From Macrostomum hystrix (taxonomy: Eukaryota > Animalia > Platyhelminthes): a DNA stretch of 64,000 nt. The translations under genes were made by a program, and so were the position numbers. The stretch covers positions 1,426,001 to 1,490,000 of the forward strand of contig CATNEN010000026.1 of assembly GCA_950097015.1 (NCBI GenBank), read 5' to 3'. Of this stretch, positions 1 to 11,329 are shown piece by piece; within the stretch, counting starts at the first letter, position 1; each line of letters starts with the position of its first letter. A model generated the notes under the pieces. That model did no database searches. It was not told the origin of the DNA and saw nothing but the letters and a program-made list of their open reading frames with translations.

Positions 1-3000
1 AGCAGCGCCAGCAGCAGCGGAGGTGGTACCGCCGGCCCGACAGCAGCCGATTGGTCTCGTCGACACGATGACAAGGCGCAAGCCTGCTCTAGTACAGACG
101 TCGCATCGTCGCATTACCAGCAGCAGCGGCAGCGGCATCAGGAGTTGCTGCTACTAGAGGAAGGCGGTGGCTCGTTTGGCCAACCAGCCGCTAAGCGGTC
201 TAAGCGATGCCTCGATCAGGTGGGTGTTCAATGCACCTTTTTATTCTGCCTTAATTTATTTGCATCGGTATGCCCTTTTTATAGTTTACATTGCCTTCAA
301 GGATTTACCTCAATTTCTTGAGTTAGCAGTTTCCTCAGGCCTCTCTCTTATCTTCAGGACCCTCAGGCCTCTCTTTATTATCTTGAGGAGTTTCCTCAGG
401 CCTCTCTATTATCTGCAGGAGTTTCTTCAGGACTCTATTATCTTCAGGAGTTTCCTCAGGCCTCTCTCTTATCTTCAGGACCCTCAGGCCTCTCTTTATT
501 ATCTTGAGGAGTTTCCTCAGGCCTCTCTATTATCTGCAGGAGTTTCTTCAGGACTCTATTATCTTCAGGAGTTTCCTCAGGCCTCTCTATTATCTTCAGG
601 AGTTTCCTCAGGCCTCTCTCTTATCTTCAGGACCCTCAGGCCTCTCTTTATTATCTTGAGGAGTTTCCTCAGGCCTCTCTATTATCTGCAGGAGTTTCTT
701 CAGGACTCTATTATCTTCAGGAGTTTCCTCAGGCCTCTCTATTATCTTCAGGAGTTTCCTCAGGCCTCTCTATTATCCTCAGGAGTTTCCTCAGGCCTCT
801 CTATTATCTTCAGGAGTTTCCTCAGGCCTCTCTATTATCTTCAGGAGTTTCCTCAGGCCTCTCTTTATTATCTTCAGGAGTTTCCTCAGGCCTCTCTTTA
901 TTATCTTCAGGAGTTTCCTCAGGCCTCTCTTTATTATCTTCAGGAGTTTCCTCAGGCCTCTCTTTATTATCCTCAGGAGTTTCCTCAGGCCTCTCTTTAT
1001 TATCCTCAGGAGTTTCCTCAGGCCTCTATTTATTATCTTCAGGAGTTTCCTCAGGCCTCTCTATTATCTTCAGGAGTTTCCTCAGGCCTCTCTATTATCT
1101 GCAGGAGTTTCTTCAGGACTCTATTATCTTCAGGAGTTTCCTCAGGCCTCTCTATTATCCTCAGGAGTTTCCTCAGGCCTCTATTTATTATCTTCAGGAG
1201 TTTCCTCAGGCCTCTCTATTATCTTCAGGAGTTTCCTCAGGCCTCTCTATTATCCTCAGGAGTTTCCTCAGGCCTCTCTTTATTATCTTCAGGAGTTTCC
1301 TCAGGCCTCTCTTTATTATCTTCAGGAGTTTTCTCAGGCCTCTCTATTATCTTCAGGAGTTTCCTCAGGCCTCTCTATTATCTTCAGGAGTTTCCTCAGG
1401 CCTCTCTATTATCTTCAGGAGTTTCCTCAGGCCTCTCTATTATCTTCAGGAGTTTTCTCAGGCCTCTCTATTATCTCCATCAGTTTCCTAATGCAATATA
1501 ATTATATTAGGCATTATAAATTGCACCACTGTAATTGCAACACACGAATACGGCACAGAAGGCGGTGCATTTGGAGCAGCTACCGCGACTATTGTCGAGA
1601 TTGCCAGGTAGTTGCATCATCCACAGTTCAGCATTTTCACTATCGCATAATTGCATTCTGACCCAAGAAACCAATAGTGTGTACAACCATGCCTAACTAT
1701 GTGCAGTATAACATGTGTTATGTTTTGTACATTGAAATTTAAATCCAATAGACAGAGTCATCAACTCTCCTGTTTGTTATAATACAAATTTGTTTTATTT
1801 ATAACCTTGCAATAAATCTATAAAATAGTGTACTCGTAACATTTCGGTAATAAAAGAGTGAGAGAAATAGGGGATATTGTAAGGGAAAAATAACTATTGT
1901 GGGTGGGATATTTAGATAGGGGAATATTTAGGTTTGGGATATTTAGATAGGATAAGAGTTAGGGTAGGGATATTTAGATAGGGAAAAAATTGGGGTTGGG
2001 ATATTTAGATAGGGGAAGAATTTAAATTGAGATAAATTCAGAGTATGAATATTTAGTGAGGCAAATAATCATTTTTGGGAGGACGAGTAAGCCGAAGATT
2101 CATAAGATAACTTTCACAGTGGCAGCTCCGGACAGAATAGTCCGCAAATCAGCAATAAAATCTTTAACCAAAAATGCGTTCACAAACGGCTGTCAGCTGA
2201 CTCCAGCCAATCAGCAGGTGTGCTTCACTGTAACTGCGGCCGTCCTGCCGCCCAGGCATGACGATTGCCTTCTGGTTCAACAGCAGTGCGACTGCTGCAG
2301 CTGCCGACGCCTTAGTCGTAGGCGATGTGACCACCGTCGTTGCTGCTGCTGCGGTGGCAGTTCAGCAGCCTGCACAGCCAGTTCGCCGCTTCCCCGTAAA
2401 GCTTCAGAGCAGGCTAAAATATTTCACAATTTGATTTAGATTGAAAATTTCTTGGATTTCCTTTGCCAAAAGTAGCCGAAAATATTAATAAATTTTGATT
2501 ATGCTTTCCAGCATTAGCAGCGTGTTGTGCTGTCAATTAAGGCAGTGTTTAGACGATGCACAATGGGATAGTTTATGTGTGATTTAGAATCTTTGATTTC
2601 TTGTTTCTCCATTGCTGCAACTTCCAAATAACTAACGGTGACGGATTTGTACAAGCGAGAAACCGATATAGAGAAGGAGAATAGAGATGGGAGATAATGA
2701 GAATGGAGATGGGAGATGATGAGAATAGAGATGGGAGATAATGAGAATAGAAATGGGAGAGAAGGAGAATAGAAATGGGAGAGAAGGAGAATAGAAATGG
2801 GAAAGAAGGAGAATAGAGATAATGATAATGAGAACATGGATGGGAGATAAGGAAAATGCACATAGAAGATAGCTAGTGAATATATAGAATTTAGATGGGT
2901 AAGAATAGAGATAGGAGACAACAAATAAAAGTACAGATTTTAGCAAAGGGAGAATGGAGATAAAAGAATAGAGCCAAGTTAAATTGAATATGTCGATCTG

Positions 3001-5693
3001 AGTAGGAAATATTGACCGTAAAACTGGGATTTAGCCGCTGAAATCAATCCTACCTTGATTTCACTCGACTTCCCTCTGTGCGTTGAAGCTTTTCCGATTA
3101 CACGCTATTTATAAACAGACCGTCTCGTTATTCAGCGCTGCGTAGTGCTTTTAGTTGTCTAATGAGCCACACGACTATGGAGTCACAAGCCATTGTTGTT
3201 CATTAAGTTCCTATTTTTAGCTCTTTGTTATTTTCTCCATCATGCGACACCCATTGATAGAAGCAGACAATGCTTGTTGCATAAGCAATTTGAAACAAAG
3301 TGATGCATAGCACTTCATTTAGCCAAGAAAACTGTTGGATTGATTCGCCGATGGCACACTCGCTAAATTTGTGTTTATGTGTTGTTATCCTCTCTTGCAT
3401 ACTTTAGTTTATATTTTTCGTTACCGTTATTTCCTACTTTATTAAACTGAAATATTGTGTCTTATTACTTTCAGTAGAGACTGCAACATTTTTTCGATAT
3501 GTATTGAAAAGGCTTTGGAAGGCAAAAACAGTCGCCTGAATTAATATTTTTTTATCTCTTTGCTGGATGTTCAGGATTTCAAGTGAAAAACTGTCTAAAA
3601 TTATAAAAAATTACCGATATGTATAGAAAAAATTGAAATAGTTCAAAAAATGTATCAACGATATGTATCGAAAAGCATTTTTATGTGCAAATTTATTACA
3701 TTCTCCTTTTATAAGGACTTTTTGTCTATCATCTACATTTTTTCTGTTATTAAAAAGCTTTATTACTTTTTAAGCAAATCAGATTGCCAGAAAATCAATC
3801 AGCTTAGAATTCGAACTCTGGCTCACCCTCCACAGACGACGCCGACGAGATTTACGTCGACCCTGGAGCGTTCAGCAACGGATGCGGCGCTGTCGACGGA
3901 GTCGAGTGCCAGCGCTGCGGCCGCCGGCCTCGCCTCGTCGCGTCTAGCGCTGTCTGACACGCCAATTCACACTGTCATCAGCGCCGGCACCTGCCTGGAG
4001 GGCCCGGCCTCGGACAAAACCGTCGACATCATTGCCCAGCTGCTGGACAGCGGCTACCCGGCCGAGGCCCAGTCCGAGCTCTGGCAGGAGACGCCGCTTC
4101 ACCTGGCTGCTCGCTACTGCCGCGCCGACGCAGTTCAGAAGCTGCTTGAGGTCGGCAGCGCCGATCCAAACAGGCGGGACAGATCCGGTCGGACGCCGCT
4201 GCACGTCGCGATCGCCTCCGGCGCCAACGGCGTCTGCCACCTGCTGATGAGGGACCGGCGCACCGACCTTAACGCAAAGACTGATGAGGGCCTCACGCCG
4301 CTGATGATGGCTTCGATTTATCTGGCTGGCGAGGTGGCAGTTTCGCTCACCGCTGAGCCGCAGGTTGGTCACCGCAGCAGCACCTTCTGGGTTCTAGAAA
4401 TGGAGTGACAGACTCTAGGAATGGGGTGACAGATTTTAAGAATGGAGTGACAGACTCTAGGAATGGAGTGACATTCTAGGAATTGAGTGACAGATTCTAG
4501 GAATGGAGTAAAGGATTATAAGAATGGAGTGACAGATTCTAGGAACGGAGTGACAGATTCTAGAAATGGAGTGACAGATTCTAGAAATGGAGTGACAGAT
4601 TCTAGGAACGGAGTGACAGATTCTAGGAATTGAGTGATAGATTTTAGGAATGGAGTAAAGGATTATAAGAATGGAGTGACAGATTCTAGGAACGGAGTGA
4701 CAGATTCTAGAAATGGAGTGACAGATTCTAGAAATGGAGTGACAGATTCTAGAAATGGAGTGACAGATTCTAGAAATGGAGTGACAGATTCTAGGAATGG
4801 GGTGACAGATTTTAAGAATGGAGTGACAGACTCTAGAAATGGAGTGACAGATTCTAAGAGTGCAGTGACAGATTCCAGGAACGGAGTGACAGATTCTAAG
4901 AGTGGAGTGACTAGGAATGGAGTGACAGATTCTAAGAATAGAGTAACAAATTCTAGAAATTTATTGACCAATTCTAGAAGCCAAACGATAAATCTTAAGG
5001 TAATTGAGCCGGACTTAAGGATTGGAGTGATAGACTTTTAGAATGGGAGTGCCAGGCTTTAGGAGTGCCAGACTTAAGAACGGAAGTGCCAGATTCTAAG
5101 ATGAGAGTGCCAGACTTTAGGATGAGAGTGACAGACCTTAGAATGGGATTGATAGGTAGAGTGGCTGGCAGTTCTAGTTCCCAACACAGCCCGCTCAATC
5201 CGCACCAGGTTGACGTCAACGCAGTGGATCAGCGAGGCCGAACCGCGCTGCACTGGGCCGCCGCGGTCAACGCCGAGCGCGAAGTGGCCCTGCTGCTGCG
5301 CCGCGGAGCCAATCGGGACGCGCAGGACTTCTCCGAGCGGACCCCGCTTTACCTGGCCGCACTGGAGGGCAGCGCGCGCGCTGTCGCCCGCCTACTCGGC
5401 GCCGGCGCTAATCCGAACCTGCCCGACTCCGCGCTGAAGACGCCGCTGGATGTGGCCCGCGAACGACTGCACGGCGACATCGAGGCCATGCTGCTTGAGG
5501 CCGCGGCCGCCTCCACAGCAGCCGCTGCCTCCGGCTATTCAAAGCAGGCAGCCGCGGCGGCCACCGCTGTCGCCTCGCTTCTAGGCGACCTGGAGCGCTA
5601 TCCGACTCCCCCGGATCCACCGCCGCTGACTGAAGCATCTTCGTCTACCTACGCTGACTCTCCGCCACATTGGCTGCAGCAGCAGCAGCAACA

Positions 5694-5728
<35 letters not shown>

Positions 5729-5958
5729 GCTACAACTATTTGACACCATCGCCAGACAGCGCCCCGGCTTCCTCCGGCTCCGCAGTTGTCAGCGTGTCCA
5801 GTCCGCCTCAGCAGCATCGATATCAGCAGCTTCATTGTCAGCAGAAGCAGCAGCAGCAGCAGCAGGAGCAGTGTTCGTTGCCTCCGCCGCCTCCGCAGTT
5901 TTCCAACAGTCAGGTGCCGATGCTGATGCTGAGTTCTATTAAGGCAGACCTCGTGTGA
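1..5958 (+). CDS. Notch: Notch receptor, intracellular 3' portion (NLS region, ankyrin repeats, polyQ, PEST); 5' part lies outside the window
   Basis: Phase-consistent GT-AG exons <1-219, 1559-1607, 2256-2395, 3836-4363, 5209-5958. Ankyrin repeats [68 protein letters not shown] match the Notch ANK domain. YLTPSPDS matches the Notch PEST motif. PAAKRSKR is NLS-like. The exons at 1559 and 2256 rest on phase logic only. Confidence 0.88.
330..1475. repeat. Intronic minisatellite, ~28-31 bp unit TCTTCAGGAGTTTCCTCAGGCCTCTCTATTA
   Basis: Dozens of tandem copies inside a Notch intron; explains the 444-aa ORF 167..1501. Confidence 0.95.
2665..2970. repeat. GA-rich degenerate minisatellite (GAGAATAGAGATGGGA-type)
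   Basis: Tandem purine-rich units in a Notch intron; same family as 6130-7445. Confidence 0.85.
4400..5150. repeat. 21-bp minisatellite GGAGTGACAGATTCTAGAAAT
   Basis: Fills the intron between the two ankyrin exons; gives spurious VTDSRNG-repeat ORFs. Confidence 0.95.
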
Positions 5959-6129
5959 ACAGCCGCTTCATTCCCTGTGTGCCTTTGCTTGCATTCTCAA
6001 CCTGTTCTGTCTGCAACTCATTTTCAGTCTCTCTACTAAGCTCTAACAATGAGTTCGCACTCACACAGCTCACTAGAAATGTTTCACTTCTGTCTACCTC
6101 CGCTAATTCTTAATAGTAACTGGTAATAA

Positions 6130-7445
6130 TGAGAAAAGAGAATTGAGATAATGAGAATAGAGATGGGAGATAATGAGAATAGAGAATTGAGATAATGAGA
6201 ATAGAGATGGGAGATAATGAGAGTAGGGATGGGAGATAATGAGAATAGAGATGGGAGATAATGAGAATGGAGATGAGAGAGAAGGAGAATAGAAATGGGA
6301 GAGAAGGAGAATAGAGATGGGAGAGAAGGAGAATAGAAATGGGAGAGAAGGAGAATAGAGATGGGAGAGAAGGAGAATAGAGATGGGAGAGAAGGAGAAT
6401 AGAAATGGGAGAGAAGGAGAATAGAGATGGGAGAGAAGGAGAATAGAAATGGGAAAGAAGGAGAATAGAAATGGGAGATTGTGAGAATGAGAGAGAAGGA
6501 GAATAGAGATGGGAGATTGTGAGAATGAGAGAGAAGGAGAATAGAGATGGGAGAGAAGATTAATAGAAATGGGAAAGAAGGAGAATAGAGATGGGAGATT
6601 GTGAGAATGAGAGAGAAGGAGAATAGAGATGGGAGATTGTGAGAATGAGAGAGAAGGAGAATAGAGATGGGAGATTGTGAGAATGAGAGAGAAGGAGAAT
6701 AGAGATGGGAGATTGTGAGAATGAGAGAGAAGGAGAATAGAGATGGGAGATTGTGAGAATGAGAGAGAAGGAGAATAGAGATGGGAGATTGTGAGAATGA
6801 GAGAGAAGGAGAATAGAGATGGGAGAGAAGATTAATAGAAATGGGAAAGAAGGAGAATAGAGATGGGAGATTGTGAGAATGAGAGAGAAGGAGAATAGAG
6901 ATGGGAGATTGTGAGAATGAGAGAGAAGGAGAATAGAGATGGGAGAGAAGATTAATAGAAATGGGAAAGAAGGAGAATAGAGATGGGAGATTGTGAGAAT
7001 GAGAGAGAAGGAGAATAGAGATGGGAGATTATGAGAATGAGAGAGAAGGAGAATAGAGATGGGAGATTGTGAGAATGAGAGAGAAGGAGAATAGAGATGG
7101 GAGATTGTGAGAATGAGAGAGAAGGAGAATAGAGATGGGAGAGAAGATTAATAGAAATGGGAAAGAAGGAGAATAGAGATGGGAGATTGTGAGAATGAGA
7201 GAGAAGGAGAATAGAGATGGGAGATTGTGAGAATGAGAGAGAAGGAGAATAGAGATGGGAGATTGTGAGAATGAGAGAGAAGGAGAATAGAGATGGGAGA
7301 TTGTGAGAATGAGAGAGAAGGAGAATAGAGATGGGAGATTGTGAGAATGAGAGAGAAGGAGAATAGAGATGGGAGATTGTGAGAATGAGAGAGAAGGAGA
7401 ATAGAGATGGGAGATTGTGAGAATGAGAGAGAAGGAGAATAGAGC
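6130..7445. repeat. GA-rich compound minisatellite downstream of Notch
   Basis: Tandem GAGAAGGAGAATAGAGATGGGAGATTGTGAGAATGA units. Confidence 0.95.
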
Positions 7446-8294
7446 CACTTCTTTAATTCATAAAATTATGAATTGCTTGAATTGAAAATTCTTGTTTATT
7501 TTATAAGCCTTGTAAATATGTTTTCGGATGTACACACTTCCAGACGCATCTGCTAATGCCATTTGATACTGTATTTAAACATTATTCATGTTTGAGAGAT
7601 ACGAATTAAGAGTAAAATGAATGACTGTTTTCTGGTAGTGTCATCACTTTTTTTACGCGTGTGCAAGTATTTTAACACCTGCACTACACTATATACAGCT
7701 TAAACCCGTTCGATTTGAAATTTTAAACATTCATTTGCATCATAATTCATCATTGATTTATATCCAGTTGAATCCTGCGATTTTGGCAATACTAGCTTCA
7801 TAACTCCCCGCCAATATTATCCCTAACACGTTATTTTTGTCTGCACAACATGCAATGTTTTGATTGGTTGCACTTGATTTTACAAATTGGCTAATTTATT
7901 ATTTTTCTTCAATAGAAAAAATCACTATCTAAAATTACGAATCTGTATTTCTTCTTTGAATTTTGTGTTTTTTTGCTCTCTTGCTAAAATTCTCGCAAAT
8001 TTCACAATGTCCTACTTTAAAAAGCATATTAGGACTGTTTTATGTAAATCTTCTAAATTATTGTGGATAAATTGATTCAGATTTGAAGTCCAATTGTCGG
8101 TAAAAAATTAAATCTTTATTATACTCGAAATTAAAAAACTAAAAATGAAGAAGTTTTTAGTAAAGCAGTTCAATTCACTAGATCATCATTCACTGCGCTA
8201 AAATATGACGGTTATTTAAATAGGGCTCATAGCAATACTGGGGCGCGTCATCTGTGTACCAGGGGGTCAGTTTTATTTAAAAACTCATTGTTAT

Positions 8295-9170
8295 AGCAAG
8301 GGCTTATTGGTAATGCAAGGCTCATTGGTAATGCAAGGGCTCATTGGTAATGCAAGGGCTTATTGGTAATGCAAGGGTCCATTGGTAATGCAAGGGCTCA
8401 TTGGTAATGCAAGGGCTTATTGGTAATGCAAGGGCTTATTGGTAATGCAAGGGCTTATTGGTAATGCAAGGGCTTATTGGTAATGCAAGGGCTTATTGGT
8501 ACTGCAAGGGTTCATTGGTAATGCAAGGGCTCATTGGTAATGCAAGGGTTCATTGGTAATGCAAGGGCTCATTGGTAATGCAAGGGCTCATTGGTAATGC
8601 AAGGGCTTATTGGTAATGCAAGGGCTCATTGGTAATGCAAGGGCTCATTGGTAATGCAAGGGCTCATTGGTAATGCAAGGGCTTATTGGTAATGCAAGGG
8701 CTTATTGGTAATGCAAGGGCTTATTGGTAATGCAAGGGCTCATTGGTAATGCAAGGGCTCATTGGTAATGCAAGGGCTCATTGGTAATGCAAGGGCTCAT
8801 TGGTAATGAAAGTGCTTATTGGTAATGAAAGTGTTTATTGGTAATGAAAGTGTTTATTGGTTATTAAAGTGTTTATTGGTAATGCAAGGGCTTATTGGTA
8901 ATGCAAGGGCTTATTGGTAATGCAAGGGCTCATTGGTAATGCAAGGGCTCATTGGTAATGCAAGGGTCCATTGGTAATGCAAGGGCTTATTGGTAATGCA
9001 AGGGCTCATTGGTAATGCAAGGGCTTATTGGTAATGCAAGGGCTCATTGGTAATGCAAGGGCTCATTGGTAATGCAAGGGCTTATTGGTAATGCAAGGGC
9101 TTATTGGTAATGCAAGGGCTCATAGGTAATGCAAGGGTTTATTGGTAATGCAAGGGCTTATTGGTAATGT
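8295..9170. repeat. 19-bp minisatellite ATTGGTAATGCAAGGGCTY
   Basis: More than 40 tandem copies visible. Confidence 0.95.
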
Positions 9171-9199
9171 GCAAATTGAACTCTGGGACTTTGTTGGTA

Positions 9200-9345
9200 G
9201 AGTCTTGAAAGTCTGGGGTTCGATTCTCGGCTCCAGTGAAACAAATTGTGTCATTTAGCAAGACACTTTTAACTCCCGCTGTTCAGTCCATGGACTGAAC
9301 AGCCGTACACAGCCTTCAGATTCAGATAGCTGCGGCTGTAATTAC
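9200..9345 (+). mobile_element. Internally deleted copy of the CORE-like tRNA-derived SINE
   Basis: GGTTCGATTC B-box, GCAAGACACTTTTAAC, then the palindrome GCTGTTCAGTCCATGGACTGAACAGC shared with the 18.4-18.7 kb copy. Confidence 0.65.
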
Positions 9346-9548
9346 GAGCTAATTATTTTAATTTTAGAAATTATTGTACCTAGCTTTGAAAAGCATTTTT
9401 GCTGGAGCTCTGCGTCAAAATAAAAAGTTATTTATTTTATTTAGCGCACTTTAAATAATTAGCGTGACGATTTGGAAGACCAAATAGAGAGTAATCGAAG
9501 GTGCATAGACGAAACAGTAGAAATGTTTTTTCTTCCTGGTTCCTGGCA

Positions 9549-9836
9549 TCAGTTGGCGATGGCGCCAGCGACATCCTTGATGTTCCTGATGACGCGAATG
9601 ACCTTCCTGACGCGGATGCCCTTTTTGGCCAGGTGCTCAGCTCCCTCCTCCTCCTCCATGTTGGACTCGTCCAGGGCCGACATCGCCTCCAGCACCGCCA
9701 GGGTGTCGGCCTCCTCGCTGGCTCCATTCGCAGCCGGGTGCGCGTTGCTATGGTTACGGCGTCGACTCTGGTGATTGGCGGTGGCCGAGACCAGGGCGGC
9801 GCACAGTAGGAGTCCGAGAGCGAGCTGCCACTTCAT
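9549..9836 (-). CDS. Secreted cationic peptide precursor, copy 1 (95 aa; putative antimicrobial peptide)
   Basis: Intronless ORF: signal peptide MKWQLALGLLLCAALVSA, acidic pro-region, KK, then GIRVRKVIRVIRNIKDVAGAIAN. High GC3; paralogous to copies 3-5. Confidence 0.85.
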   Translation of the reverse strand: MKWQLALGLLLCAALVSATANHQSRRRNHSNAHPAANGASEEADTLAVLEAMSALDESNMEEEEGAEHLAKKGIRVRKVIRVIRNIKDVAGAIAN

Positions 9837-9933
9837 GTTTGAGTCGGGTCTGAGCTCTCTCTTGATGAGGCTGAGAGTCTGCGTTTGACTGTTGGTCGTT
9901 GGATTGTCCTCCTTGCACAGTCGGGGGCTCCGA

Positions 9934-9961
9934 ATTTAAACAAGAATGGGCACGTGTTTCC
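9934..9961 (-). promoter_or_regulatory. Promoter module of peptide copy 1 (GGAAACACGTG plus TATA-like TTTAAAT)
   Basis: CACGTG at 9951-9956; same module and similar spacing upstream of copies 3, 4 and 5. Confidence 0.55.
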
Positions 9962-10834
9962 GATCTGTCCTCTAATTTGTTTGACTTCGCCCAGAATTGT
10001 AGAACTTAACCGGCTTTTAATTTGCTTCACCGAATAATTCGGCCCATGCAAACAAGCGAGATAGTTTGCTCGAGAACATTTTCAAGTCTTGATATGTTTT
10101 TCCAGCTTCGCTGCACATGCAGCGTATATTCTCAGTACAAATAAATTACAGTGTCGGCATGCGAATTGTATGACTGAGTTTCTTGTGCCAACATTCTCAG
10201 GCGGTTAATTCTATCTCGTAGCTCGTGAAACTGATATGTTAGATGGTGCTTGACATTATCTAAATTTATTCATTCTTTTGATATTTTCTATAATTCGAAA
10301 ATAAAAAATCCAACTCAATACCATTGTTCGTGGGTGTGTTTGATGCTTCTAAACCTATTCCAGTTATAATTTTTTTCGTAGAAGATACATTGATGAAATA
10401 TGAGACTACGAGTTTGGCTACTTAGAAAGTAGTAAATGCTACACGAAGAGAATAATGAAATAACACTTTAATAATACTGGTTCAAGCAACATAATTGGTT
10501 GAAAACCTGATCCCATAATTTTCTAGATCCAAGCTGGTGTGACAAAGGTAAATTAGTAGATGTTGTGACTTAAGTATTCAACCGGACTTGAATGTACTCT
10601 ATTAACTTATCGTTGCGCAATGCAAGTCCATTTTCCTATGCGTGCGTAAGCCGAGTGTGTCACTTGCGCGTGCGACACAACGTGCTCTGTTCTTACTCCT
10701 TGCTCTCCACGTGCCATTGTCACCCCCAGCCATATTTTGTTAGTATAAATATATCGACTTTCCTTTGTACGTTGTTCGTGGCCTTTGCGCTATCTAAAGA
10801 ATTCCTGGTCTACAAAAGTAGAGCCACAAAACTT

Positions 10835-11095
10835 TGCAGGTACAGGTGACTCCTGAGCACAAACGCACACCGAGACTGTACCCAGGCATACACTCACACT
10901 GCAGGTGTGTACACCTGTGTACACCTACACACATTCACTATGCCTGGGAGGTTGACCGTCAAGAGCGTAAATTGCACAAGCCTCCAAGCCTTCTCTCCGC
11001 GGCTCCGCCCCAAATGAATGCGGCCTCGCCGAGGAATCGAGCTCAGGGACCTTGGTGCTAGAGGCAAATGCGTTAACCGCTCTGCCACTGACCCC
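10835..11095 (-). mobile_element. tRNA-derived SINE family A, copy
   Basis: Reverse complement reads GGGGTCAGTGGCAGAGCGG (A-box) and GAGCTCGATTCC (B-box); body matches 21504-21860. Confidence 0.8.
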
Positions 11096-11221
11096 TCGAT
11101 GCAAATGTTCGATTCATTGTTTCCGCAGATGCAGACTGCACTTAACCTTTTTATTCTAATGGAAGCAATTAGCGTTGCATTTGAATGTGTGCACAGTTTA
11201 CTATAATTTTCGCTAAATATA

Positions 11222-11329
11222 TCGATGTTGGACAGGGCCTCCAGGGCGGCCAGGGTGTCCGCCTCCTCCGACTGCTGGCTGGGGCTGGCGGCGGCCAGGG
11301 CGGAGTCCGAGAGCGAGCTGCCATTTCAT
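11222..11329 (-). pseudogene. Peptide precursor copy 2, pseudogene
   Basis: ATGAAATGGCAGCTCGCTCTCGGACTC is followed by an 11-bp deletion in the signal-peptide codons (frameshift). Homology stops after AACATCGA, so the KK site and mature peptide are lost. The upstream promoter module is absent. Confidence 0.88.

Noticed and set aside
167-1501. 444-aa ORF and similar long periodic ORFs (4634, 25644, 40271-41100, 54166, 59431, 62243, 63655)
   Set aside because: They are translations of intronic or intergenic minisatellites lacking stop codons in some frames; the surrounding genes splice over them.
9472-9809. Plus-strand ORFs overlapping the peptide genes, and antisense ORFs over Notch, HSCB, SEPSECS and MGAT1
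   Set aside because: Shadow frames of GC-rich coding sequence with no independent motifs.
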